Shown: in pieces, positions 11,865 to 23,610 of the stretch
Numbering within the stretch: the stretch's first letter is position 1
Layout: every line of letters begins with the position of its first letter
DNA from: Iphione sp. A-MEVVRFRX5
Lineage: Eukaryota
Direction: 5' to 3'
NCBI GenBank assembly: GCA_976226885.1
Contig: OZ320313.1
Location: forward strand, 52,204,001 to 52,268,000
Length of the DNA stretch: 64,000 nucleotides
Notes under the pieces: generated by a model
The model's input: only the letters and a program-made list of their open reading frames with translations
Told to the model about the DNA's origin: nothing
Database searches by the model: none
Made by a program: the position numbers and the translations under genes

Positions 11865-13469
11865 AACTCATGTGAACAGTGCCTAACAGAAACAACACGA
11901 GTAAACAAACACAATCTGTCAACTAAAATCAACACCAGTTGAATTCCCTTCAGTGATATCCTTGATGTCTGATGAGTCTAATTTGGCAGAACCACAGTCC
12001 CCAGACTGAATCCATTTCAATTCCTTAGCAGAACTAACACTTAGTGCTTGCATAAGGTGATCAAAAGGACATATTCCCATATTTAACAATTTGTTGATGA
12101 TCACCAAGAGGACACCTATAGCAACAATTATGACATCAATGCTTTTGTTACCTCACCACGGTAATGACAGCCCAATGGAACATATTCCATTTATAAACGT
12201 AACATCTGGCTTGGTAAAACGACTTCATCGTCTCAAATACAGAGTACAAGTTTAAGAAACACTTACGAAAGGATCCAAATTCCTTTAGTGAAAGAAGAAA
12301 AACTTAGAACAAGAGGGTGGACCTTTGAGGTGTACTGTGCACTACCTCTGCCACCTGACACCGCACTTGAATAATGAACTGGCTGTCTGAGTGTTGTATC
12401 CCACACACTATATGAGTGTTTGTGTTGTTGAGCAGAATATACTGAAATGTAGGCTAACAATATCAACCGTAGATTACTTCGGATGAAACAGATATACGCT
12501 GTAGCATATGTCCATATGAGTGAGTTATCATATCAGACTGCCAGTCCACTTGACCTAAGGGAATGGAAGTTATAAGACCCGCAAGGTTGTGACAGAAGGT
12601 TGGATGGTTGGACAGCAGTAATCCTAAGGTGCCACTCCTCTCGAAGTGAGGAACAAAAAAACCCTGAAAGTAGCAAAAACTCATCGGTGCAGCCCTAGCT
12701 AAAGATTTTTTGATCAGATAACGCCTTTCGGTACAGAAGTTACGAGGAGAGCTACAAGCCTCCAACTCCACATATTCCATGAAAATGGTGTAGGGGCTGA
12801 AAAAGTATTCAAAATTAACATACGTCTGCACATGCAGTATGCTAATTTACACTGGGAGATACACCCCCAAATCCCGAACGTATTTGAACTCTCGTTGAAA
12901 CTCTGACAGTTTTCCATTCTTAGCTGTTCTTTTATACGGTATACACCACTGACAAAACGAAGATATATACTGGCACTGTGGTCAAATTGATCGAACAGAA
13001 AAAAAACTGATGCGTGTGACCAAGCAATTGGGAGATGCTAGGTCCGATTCACCAGGGGGCAAGAACCATCTAGCACTGCGCGAAGCACGCTTTTAAGAGG
13101 CAGCGCATTAAAAATCACCATAAAGGAGGAATAGTTCAGTATCTTCCACGTCGATCCACCGCGGCCAGAATATCGATCGATCATCGGTCGATGGACAACC
13201 TCGTGGCAGCTGACACCTTTGATCTGTTTTTAGACGAGGTGCTTTCCCTTTCCACGGTGCTATCTCTCTCCAATCTCGCCCTCCGTGCAGTTGTTGCTAC
13301 GACTACCGCCACCGCCTTCACTACGTCTCTAGACATCATAAGAAAGGCCAAAGTGGCGGTAATTCACTCCGCCTCGTTTTCTTCCCTTTCTTTTTACGCG
13401 GAGATTTTCTTATTTTGTGCCGACTGGGTGGACATCCGCATGAGAAATTGCGTCTGATTGCGGCGACTG

Positions 13470-13690
13470 ATTAGTGGGCGGAGCAAGCCGCCGAATGGCG
13501 TCTGTCACGTGACTGACACGTGACTGACAACAAGGCCCCCCCTCCTCTGGCTTCGTTTGGAGTTTTGAGTTGGCAATGGTAAACGGAGTGGAGGCTGAGG
13601 CCGTAACAGGAAGTGCGAGTAAGGGAATTTGGCGTTGCACCGCTGCGCTAGACAAGAAAATCGCCGCCATTTGTTATATTGAACCGTCAA
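13470..13690 (-). promoter_or_regulatory. Housekeeping-type promoter motif cluster (E-box/CLEAR, GC box, ETS, YY1)
   Basis: GGGCGG near 13476, GTCACGTGAC (13504-13513), second CACGTG (13517-13522), ACAGGAAGTG (13606-13615), and CGCCGCCATTT (13662-13672; reads AAATGGCGGCG on the minus strand). A further GTCACGTGAC lies at 14365-14374. No recognisable protein is attached. Confidence 0.4.
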
Positions 13691-13955
13691 CTTAAAAAGA
13701 AGGTAGAGAATACAGACTGTAGTTAGAACAACCTACTGCCATGCCTGTGCGAAAGGCGGGGAGAGGGGGCACCAGAATAAGCCAAGGCTCCCAAAGCCGA
13801 GAAACGGTCAGAAAGCAGATATGGACATTGGAAACAAAATAACGAGGAGGACAAGCAGGTGAACGGATACACGGTGATGTTATGTAAATGTATGAATTAC
13901 GTATCTGTGTATGTAGATTAGTGTGCATGTTTGCAGTATGTACCCATGTTTGTAC

Positions 13956-13959
<4 letters not shown>

Positions 13960-14009
<50 letters not shown>
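13960..14009. repeat. (GA)n microsatellite
   Basis: Pure GA run seen directly. Confidence 0.97.
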
Positions 14010-14013
<4 letters not shown>

Positions 14014-14084
14014 CATTGCTGAATGTATGATAGGGTAAAACGTGAATAATACTGGTTCAAGACTGCTCCCCTCCCAATGTTCGA

Positions 14085-14230
14085 NNNNNNNNNNNNNNNN
14101 NNNNNNNNNNNNNNNNNNNNNNNNNNNNNNNNNNNNNNNNNNNNNNNNNNNNNNNNNNNNNNNNNNNNNNNNNNNNNNNNNNNNNNNNNNNNNNNNNNNN
14201 NNNNNNNNNNNNNNNNNNNNNNNNNNNNNN
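14085..14230. other. Assembly gap (N run)
   Basis: Run of N. Confidence 1.
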
Positions 14231-14855
14231 AGGCTGGGCGATAATTCATCTCAGCCGCGGTTCCAGCCGCTCGCCACCCGGACAGGCGTGAAGAGCTGGC
14301 GACCTGCAAGCACGCCACCTGTTGGACGTGAGCGTCAACTGGAACGTCACGAGCATACGTCACTGTCACGTGACTGACATCATTTGACCAGCGTTCCGCT
14401 AGGGCAACAACTCCCACGGGGAAGGCTACAGAAGTTGCGAAGTGTTTCCTCTCGTACCTTGAGGCAGACCTTGCCTCTTTTTTTTCCTACTCTTGACACA
14501 AAACTTACTTGTGTGGATGACGTAGCAAAACACGATGATCATGTCATGAATACTATGATGCGAAAGCTATATAACGCGGTTACATGAGAGAGAGCTAAAA
14601 ATCGATGGCAAAAGTGACGCACATCGCATATGCATCTTGGCACAGCGGCTAAGATCACTTAGCATTCAAGTATGTTTCTACCTTTTATGCCAGCTATGAA
14701 AGCCAGGCACGACAGAAATCAGACCACACCAGGCCCCAGGATAGTTATATCAGAACAGAAAACTGTCCTTCTAATCAGTAGTTGACATGAAATGCGGACA
14801 GACCAGAAATAAGGATCAAGAATGAATCCCTGGATTCTGGCGTTCAACTGTATAA

Positions 14856-15021
14856 CAGTCGAAGACCTATTTGCGACCAGCCCTTTGATCACAGCTAAAA
14901 TGGTCAGATTAGTGAAAATGGTCCCAAATTGGTAAAAATCGTGACTTTTGCGCCCAGCTCAAGTGGTCGTATTTGCGAGAATAGTCGCAATTCGGTTTGG
15001 TTGCAAATAGGCGTTTGACTG
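14856..15021. mobile_element. pogo/Tigger-type MITE
   Basis: Left end CAGTCGAAGACCTATTTGCGACCA. Right end TGGTTGCAAATAGGCGTTTGACTG is an imperfect inverted copy. Shares the TTTGCGACCA core with the Tigger TIR at 34874-34897. Flanks are AA on both sides, so the expected TA TSD is not preserved. Confidence 0.65.
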
Positions 15022-17149
15022 AATTTTAGTTCATGCACCAAAAGACATATGGGAAGCACCACAGTGATCACCTTGTCACTGTTCTCAGAACTACATGCAT
15101 ATACGTAGTTCAGTTCAGTATTTATGTGATTGTTGATAGGCGGCGTAAGTCAGACGACCTGTGAAGTGAGACGAAGACGTACGAGGTCACGAGTCGTGGG
15201 GTCAGTGGCCGCGCTTTCACAGCACGTCTGTCGGAGGCACCGAAGGACAGCATATCAGTACGGCCCAGACTAATTACCTTCATTCAGCCTGGCGTCCTCA
15301 CTCGAACAACTGTTCATGCTAAACATTTTGCAGCGTTATTTGCCAGCAACACAGCCTAAGACCTATGCTGCTTGTCGTCCGACCGCATTTGCAATACATG
15401 TAGGTTGCTGCCAATTCTAGATGAGGCATTTAGAAGCAGGTCAAAGCCGTCCTTCCGGGGTATGTCTGGCATAGTGCCACGCCTCTTTCTGCCATTTTCA
15501 CTTAAACTAATATCACAAACGTTGGATTATACGACCTAGTGGACTATACAATTTGATGGTCATCTAGATAAATGCATTTACTAAGGGGCAAACACTGTGG
15601 TCTCAAGAATTCTGTAATAGAGGATTGGGAGGATATACACTTTAGATACAGAAAACTCGGGACGGGGAGGACACAAATCTGGGATATATATTGAAAACAC
15701 AGCTCCTGAGAAGAAATATTGAATTGACATTCATCCTTCTTCTTTCTACTGAATACTATCGATACTTCTGGATACTGGGCTGCTCCTGCCAAAGTATGCT
15801 ACGCACAGTGGGTGAACTTCTAGTCACATGTGTTGCACCGGTAGATGTTACACATTTCCCTCTAGCATATACATGTATTCAACACTTTTCTTGATGATAT
15901 CATTAGTTCTAGACATATTTGTTTCCAGACGTCATGTCCTCATTCATTTTGCGAGGTAATAAGGTCATTATGGTCGATGATGCTACTGCTGGTATGACAG
16001 ATGATTGGTTTCGTCATTTTTTAGACTGACCTTTGCAACTTACACGGCTAATGACACAGTCCCTATTACCATGCACCAGCAAATCATGGTTTAAAGTACA
16101 TGTAACTTAGACGACATGTATATATATTGTTCATTGATTGTATATATGGTGAAATACTTAGGTGTGCTATGTCTCTTACAGGCACAAATTATAAATTTCT
16201 CTCATAGAGGACCAAGAATATATACAGTCGTGATTCATCAACCGGACAACCACCATTCCCGCCGAAATTATGCAGATACCAGATAATCTGGTTGTTGAAT
16301 GGGCACACTTGCACCTCCTGGTGGGGAAATGTTGTACAGTAGTGAACATTCTGGGAGTGGGCAATCCGGGCACTTCAGCTAGTAACATGTAAACAAACAG
16401 CTGACAGGGTTGATTTCTTATATATTTAAATGGCATTATATGATTCCATTGTGAAAAATGTATAATTTAAACCTTAATGTAAATGATCATATTACTGTAT
16501 AAATTTAAATCATTGTCTAAAAGTTTTTATCTAGCAAAAATACTGCAGAGGTGAAGAGTGAGTGATAATCAGGGAGTACCTGCACATTCTAATATAAACT
16601 CTAAAGCCTGGTGAAAACAAACTAATGATAATTTTAATGTATGTAATTAATCTAGAGTACATTTGTCCTCACTATAATATCAGTGTTATCTTTGAAATCA
16701 ATGCCAACTGATTGTTGTAGGCATAAACATTATAAAAGTTCAAAGAGAGAAACACACTTCCTTTCACCTCCACCCTGGGCAACTGTGACGTCATGCCGAC
16801 TTGAAGAATACGTAATTTGAAATAACAAAGTGTGTCTACACCAAAGGGACTATCACATACAGGCAACATGCAGGCTGTGACCTCCTAACCATAGAAACAA
16901 CACAGGCTGTCCACATGGCGGGAGGGGTTCTCTTTCAATTCAACCCACCTTTGTTATCCCTTGGGCTCGAATGGTCCAGTTAAAAACATTAAGGGTCGGT
17001 TTCCTTGCATGCACTGATTGTGTTCACATGCGTTTGCTGTCCATATGTGTTAGGCTGGTTTTCCTTTTGTTTGCATAGGGGTGCGTAGAAAAAAGGTCGA
17101 TTTTCCGTCCTGCTCTGCACCACCACACAGGGGTGTTTTCCATATGTGC

Positions 17150-17153
<4 letters not shown>

Positions 17154-17224
<71 letters not shown>
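17154..17224. repeat. (GA)n microsatellite
   Basis: Pure GA run seen directly. Confidence 0.97.
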
Positions 17225-17227
<3 letters not shown>

Positions 17228-17242
17228 GACAGACAGAGACAG

Positions 17243-17341
17243 AGAAATTGTGCAGTTTTTCATGGAGGTTGAAGCATATCAGTAGAAATTGTGCAGTCTT
17301 TCATGGAGGTTGAAGCATATCGGTGGAAACTGTGCAGTTTT
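17243..17341. repeat. 41-bp tandem repeat, about 2.4 copies; a related sequence lies inverted at about 27225-27322
   Basis: AGAAATTGTGCAGT.TTTCATGGAGGTTGAAGCATATC starts at 17243 and 17284, with a partial copy at 17325. The reverse complement of 27225-27322 shares GTAGAAACTGTGCAGTTTT and AATGATATGCAA. Confidence 0.85.
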
Positions 17342-17556
17342 TATCCAAATGATATGCAAATTATCAAAAAAAATCATAGCATCTGACATATGTTAAGCAA
17401 TGTTTTACCTTCTTAAAATAGCCACTTCAGTATCCTAATGGTGAGTACATGTGCATGTGCGGAGAATTTTACGGCCCAGGTCTGTGCTGCCCACGCAACT
17501 CTCCGCACCACCCAACACGCACCTGCATGCATGGAAAGACAATCTACCACCCCTAT

Positions 17557-18516
17557 CAGGGTTCCCAGCATTTCAAGAAAACAAAATTCCCTGATTTTTC
17601 CCTGATGAAGTCTCAAAATTCCATGATAATTACTTCAACTCATTTCCAGTTTCATGGTTTCTATGTTGTTGCAGTGAACTATGTGCAGTATAAATCATTG
17701 TAATGTAAAACAAATTTTCACTATTACACAGGCATGTAATGGCTTCCCTTCCCCCCTTACAGCCATCCTTTCCTCACCTTATGCAGATAGAGGTTGATTC
17801 AAGGTAATTCAAGTACACATCATTCAATCACAGCACACTATGTTAAAGATGCCAATTTCAATACTGGTTTGCACTGGAATGTGCAAAGACGTGAAGATCT
17901 ACATGTCATAGAGGGTTTTAACTGGCACAACTGTATTTACAATGATACCAAAAATTACTGAATTCTCTTAGCATTTAGAACCATTTTTAATACATAAAAG
18001 TGTGAATGGAGAAAAATGAGGATATCAGAAAAATTCTGTACACAGATATATTGTTTTATAGTACATCATGATATCACAAGCCTACCTCAAATTTGAAAAT
18101 GATGGCTGCAATGCTTCCTAGGATTAAACTGAATCAACCTCTGTTATGGAATAGCCTGTGTGAACAGTATGTCAAAACTACATTGAAACACTAACTTATA
18201 ATCCTCAACCTTGAACAAGTAATGGGGGATAGATGAGCTTTCAAATTATATTTAAATCAAGTATAACTGAAAAGCAACTAAAAAAATATTTAGTGTCCAA
18301 GTCGAATTGCAGAACTATTTTTGAGGGGTTTATGGATGTTGTTTTGATGTACAACAAAATATAAGAGTTTGACTAACCACTTTTGACTTTTGGGCCAATC
18401 AAAATTCCCTGATTTTTCCCTGATTTGAGGCATTTTTATCAAATTCCCTGATTTTTCCCTGACTGGAAAAGAGTAAAATAATTTTCCCTGATTTCCCTGA
18501 TGGGCTTGGAACCCTG
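17557..18516. mobile_element. Non-autonomous DNA transposon with CAGGGTTCC termini (hAT-like) and 5-bp TSD
   Basis: Left end CAGGGTTCCCAG; the reverse complement of the right end is CAGGGTTCCAAG. CCTAT is duplicated at 17552-17556 and 18517-18521. Subterminal ATTCCCTGATTTTTCCCTGA motifs occur once on the left (about 17585) and three times on the right (18403-18500). No ORF. Confidence 0.85.
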
Positions 18517-18668
18517 CCTATACTGCTATTATTTTACACATCTGCAGGTGCATTCTGTGGAAAAAGTCTCCATGCATGGAAAGTGAGCCTAAGTATGCAT
18601 TTTACATGCATTTTCTATTAACGCAGGCTCACAGATAGGGGTGTCTATTGACTGCGTTTAGTTGCATT

Positions 18669-18810
18669 AATGTCACTGGAAAAGACTAAAAACTGGCAAC
18701 TTTCACTACGAAAAGTATAAAAACTGGTAAATGTCACTGGAAAAGGAATAAAAACTGGCAAATTTCACTGGGAAAAAGTATAAGAACTGGTGAATGTAAT
18801 TGAAAAAGTA
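18669..18810. repeat. About 31-bp degenerate tandem repeat, about 4.5 copies
   Basis: AACTGG recurs at 18691, 18722, 18753 and 18785 within units like TGTCACTGGAAAAG..TAAAAACTGG.AA. Confidence 0.85.
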
Positions 18811-19571
18811 CATTTTTCATACATCTATCATAGATTTCACCTCGTTCTAAGGCCATCTCCTCTATGCTACTGTTCGTTACCATCCATTTGCATTAAATTA
18901 TTGGTCTGGGACCGTCAATGGACTCACAGATGGTCACGGACAGTCATTGATGGTCGGTCACAGACACAGATACATTTGGCACCCTCCATTACAATCAACA
19001 GGACCTATAAAAATGGATGGGAATGGAGGGGAAACGGAGGGGAATGCACACGGACAACAACAGATGTAAGGTGGTCTTTCCATACACACATAGTTTACAC
19101 ACACAGAACCAGGGTCATAAGTGCATGATAACCGAGCTCACTGTATTTCAGTGCACCATACCCATGTGTGTGTACTTCACGCACCCGGACCATAGTGCAT
19201 GAGTCAAAACCAGCAAGGTCCCGTCTGCCCGGACACGGATCCATGTGCATGGTGCATGATGCATGATGCTATCATTTTCTACAAATATTAGTTCTCAGCA
19301 GTACCCCTAGGGTTCGCTTGATCTATTGTTTTTATCACGTATACATGACAAGGCCCTCACACACCCTGTACTGGGTTTGTCCCTACCCCACACACCCACT
19401 GCAGAACTTTCATATGTATGAAAATACCAGCTTAGGAAACAGACCCTAATTCAAAGTCCCTCTAGAAGTAAAAAAATATACTCTGGATACAGATAATGAT
19501 GTCCGCACAAATAGTACAAATTATAGTGAAAAGACCTTGGTTCTTTTATTCACATACATATAGTAGTAAAC

Positions 19572-19574
<3 letters not shown>

Positions 19575-19604
<30 letters not shown>
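19575..19604. repeat. (TA)n microsatellite
   Basis: Pure TA run seen directly. Confidence 0.95.
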
Positions 19605-19605
<1 letters not shown>

Positions 19606-19840
19606 GTATACAACTACGAAGAATAAGTTGGAACTGTTTTAGTGCGATAGCAATATCAAGGCAGGGTTTGACCTTTGAAGAAAAAATATCGCTGCTTTAA
19701 TCTCAACTCAGTTTAACGTTGGCCCGACAAGCAAAAGGGTTTCTACTGCAGGGCCGCCAAATAAAACTGAAGTTATCAACCGACTCCAGTTGTCTGTTAT
19801 CCTAAGCATCAGCACGGGGAGTCCACCGCAGAGTACCATC

Positions 19841-19880
19841 TATCGGCGAACCAAGCCTGATATCGGCGGACCATGCCTGA
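19841..19880. repeat. 20-bp tandem duplication (18/20 identical)
   Basis: TATCGGCGAACCAAGCCTGA followed by TATCGGCGGACCATGCCTGA. Confidence 0.85.
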
Positions 19881-20344
19881 CAGCTCACACTAGGATGTTC
19901 TATCAGCTGAGGGACGTTCGCTTACAACATTGGACAATAGGTTTAGTGGGCTAAAAGTCAACTAACAGCTGGAGAAGACTACACTTTTTAACAAGAGCAT
20001 ACAAGAGACCTCAAGCGTATGTGGTTACTTTTAGTTTAAGTTTTAACAGGTCTCACTGGTGTCATTCTTACGAGATAGAATGCGGTAAATCATATTCGAT
20101 CCTTTAACAAGTATACAGAGGTACAAGGTGTCACCATTAACTTTTGTAAGTAATGTCCTGAACAATGGAAGCCCCATTGGTCATCTTTCTTCAGCATTCA
20201 TAATGCTAGTCCTCCATAAATGAAAGTAAGCGACTACATCTCTCCACATTAGTGTGACAGCAAAACTAGCCCTTCATGGTATTTAATCTGAACTGCAATT
20301 GCATGGCTAGTACTGATCTTTCATGGCCCTAAACCCATGTCTGA

Positions 20345-20652
20345 GGCGGTGTTCACATGCATCCTGATTTTTCCACTCCATGTCCACTGACAGGTGCGTA
20401 CAATTTTCCAGCCTATTCTAAGCAGTACAGCACTTCAGATGCATCATGATTTTTCCGCATCCACAGACGGGAGCAGATGTCAAACCATGTGGCATGGATA
20501 TTCTCTGGATCTGCATACGGATTCCATAGAATACAATTATAAGAGACATCTGCAGACCATATGTTGGCAATTATCTAATGATCTCTACAGGGGGTTTCTC
20601 CGCGTCTGCACACGGGGCTGGTTTATTGGTCAGGATGCATGTGAACGTGGCC
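20345..20652. mobile_element. PIF/Harbinger-type (Tourist-like) MITE
   Basis: 23-bp TIR: GGCGGTGTTCACATGCATCCTGA versus the reverse complement of the right end GGCCACGTTCACATGCATCCTGA (20/23, inner 17 bp perfect). Flanks TGA and TAA fit a decayed TWA TSD. Confidence 0.75.
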
Positions 20653-23529
20653 TAACTGTGGTACTGGGTTGGGGGGGGGGGGGTGTTCGTCCTACTTTCC
20701 TGGTTCTCTCCACTGACATATATTTTTGGTGTGTGTCTTGACAGCTCAGTACGGCGTGAGTGAAGTTTCAGCCAGTGTGATGCAGTGCTACATATACATG
20801 TACATGTGCATTATTTCTGAAAATCCTCTTGCAGTTTGATTATGCTCAAAAACATTGTAGTTAACATATCACTGGGTCTAGCATACGACTTGGAAGAACT
20901 ATGAAGCAATATATGCTTCACTGAACAGAATTGTGTCACCGTGTTTACCACCAGCTCATTTCAGCAGATTTGCATCACAAAACTTTAAATTTCACATTTT
21001 CCCATATATATTTTCACATTTTCCCATATATAATATAAGACTCTCACAGCCTATGGCCGGGTTTCCATGTGTAGGATTTTGTAAAATGTATCGCAGATAC
21101 ATGTGTACAGGAAATTATTATATTCTGACAATGAACTATACCTTGTCCATGTGTGCAGAATTGGAGTCCAGAATCCATTGTCTGGAAACAATGTCCTTAC
21201 ATTTCCCCTGTACAACAGACTCTAGACATAATACATGTAGTAGCATAGCAAATGAGTCTTTCGTACAGGGAAAGATGTGATAAGATGTATGAAAACAAGG
21301 TTGATTTGCATATCATTTCAATAAAAAACCGTCAGCACAAATTTGGCAGGAATTTCTAAAGATCTGCGCAAAAAAAACATACAGTTTAACCAGATTTCGC
21401 AGGAATTCCTTTGAGATCAGATACACACACAGACACAGACACACACATGCATATCTATATGGTACATAGACAAAAGGAAAGAAAGAGATGAAGAGAGAGG
21501 AAAGGACAGAGAATGCACCATTTACATGTACGTGGAATACAGCCATCCATGAGGGTCAGGAGACAGATGTTTAAACCACAATAATTCCCACATTGACACC
21601 ATACACGTCTTACAAAATCATACCCATGGAAATCAGACCTAATATCCATGCCAACTGATACTAAAGGCCTTTGTCAGATTTACCAGCATCTTACCCGTCG
21701 TTTTGCTGTCTTAAAATCGTGATAATCACCTCTAACTTGGGGACTGCACCCACTCTTGTTCATATGCATACGGGAGGCTACTTACCGTTACCACTACTGA
21801 TGTACAACGCTGGCCCTTCGTTGGGACGCTGGCCAGACCTCCTCGCATCGTGCACACTCATTACGAACCTGTTCCTCGCCATAAAGCTTGGCCCGATAGC
21901 AGGTGCTAAAAAAAGGGCTGTGTCAGGTTGTCCAGACATAGTGTTGGCGATGGCCTCTGTCGCTCGTGGCCCGACCTTCCCATCCCTCCTGCCGTCTACT
22001 CGCCTCAACAGCAGGGCTGATTGAAGAGGCCAATCTATCAGCACCCTGCGCTCATAATGATAAATAATGACGAGCGGGGGCTAGATTGGGGTGAGGGTTA
22101 TCGCACCTTTAGCGGCGGACGGCGCTGCTGGCGAGAGGGTCCAGGTTAGACTAGAACAATGTGCAGCCATTCAGGGTCAACTTGTAAAAGATAATCGAGT
22201 GGGCGAGGTTGCCGAAGGGGGAAGGCGAACCAGGCAGGAAATGGGGGCTGTCTAATAGAAGCCTTGAGGACAGGAAGTTAGGTGCAATAAATAGGTACAT
22301 ATATTGCAATAACCAGGAGCCATCTCCAGCAATGACGGCGGGTTGTGTGTGAGGCGAGATGACCGATCTTATTACCGTTATAAATTGCGGAAAACTGAAT
22401 ACTGAAAACGTGCTTACATAGTGTATCAGTCCTCTTTGTACATATTCAAGACAATGATCGACTTCTGCTCTTTGAATTATTTTACCACTTCACTTATTCT
22501 GACTTGGCTGTTTTATCGACCAGTTGTACCGTTTACATAGAACCAGCCCCTATCTGCAAGAGAAAATTCAAGCTGCGTAAGGTCCGTCAATACCACCCAC
22601 CACAACCACCCGCCTCATACACTACTGCAGGCCCTTCTCATTCATGGGGTGCTGGCAGGCCCTATTGGCGTATCAATCCGTCTCCTCAACCCAAGCCGTT
22701 GCCCCACCAACAGGCCTTCCAATCTCCAGGCTCATCACCTGCAAAACTGACCCCCATCATAATCCGACCCCCGCCACCGGCCACACGCTAACGCCCCGAC
22801 CCCTCACCCAGCCGGCGCCGATAGATGTGCCTGGTCACACCTATTCCCAGGCTGGGCGCCGCCCCTGCCGTGAGGTCTAGGCGCTGGCCTGACGCTGTCA
22901 GGCCGGGCGTCGGCGCCAATGACTCAGGGAGCTGCGAGCGCCGCCTAAGGTGTGGCCGCCTGCACCCTGATCAGGCCAGATACCCTCATTACCAGCCAGT
23001 GCTATCTCTGAGGTGGAGGGTTCAATGTGTGAAGCAGCGAGGGTGCAAGTCGGAGAAGGCCATGTGTTGGCAGAGGGCTATTCATCGGAGAGCTGGGGGT
23101 CCCACTACCGTCATGGGCATTGACCCCCTATCGATCTGCCAGAGGCTCCTTAAATAGTAGAAGAAATGACTGGGTTCACCTAACCCTCAGTTCTATGGAA
23201 CGTGTATTCAAATACTGATGACAGACGGCTATATGACCTCCTTTACTATCCTATCCTTTGAAACAAATTAAAGAGCACAATGCTACAGAAGCAACAACAA
23301 ATCCCATGCTACATCAGCCTGACCCTAAATTCTGCCATGCAGCGGCGAGTAGTCTGATCAATCGGTATGGATATATAACTGTGACATTCAGAACTTAAAT
23401 ACCATTAGCACCGCGCCAAAGACGTCAAAATTCCCAGGAATTAAAGGCAATTTAAAACGCATTGGTTGCCGATATCTCCCTCCATTATCGCGTGGGCAAA
23501 AGCGTAAACAAGATATGAAAAAACACTGC

Positions 23530-23610
23530 ACTTACCATAATGCTGGTTTGAAGCGTAATTGCAAGAAAACCGCTTAACTCACCTGCAAAAAAAAACACAT
23601 GAAAATGCTT
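23530..23610 (-). other. Candidate recursive splice site (AG|GTGAGT) with a 47-nt RS-exon
   Basis: Minus strand reads CATTTTCATGTGTTTTTTTTTGCAG|GTGAGT (junction between 23583 and 23582), then 47 nt, then ATG|GTAAGT (donor at 23535-23530). Confidence 0.55.

Noticed and set aside
12150-12250. Possible LINE relic (DSPMEHIPFINVTSGLVKRLHRLK)
   Set aside because: Short, and no downstream K..GPD motif is present.
13692-14417. Long ORFs spanning N-gaps or microsatellites (also 17024-17272, 37674-38296, 39981-40436, 42122-42497, 58645-58984, 62500-62817)
   Set aside because: They stay open only because of N runs or dinucleotide and tetranucleotide repeats (LSLS, RERE, IYLS).
17053-18589. Larger Harbinger-like element (GGCTGGTTTTCC ... 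GGAAAGTGAGCC) enclosing the hAT-like MITE
   Set aside because: Only 9/12 TIR identity, and the flanks TTA and TAA are not an identical TSD.
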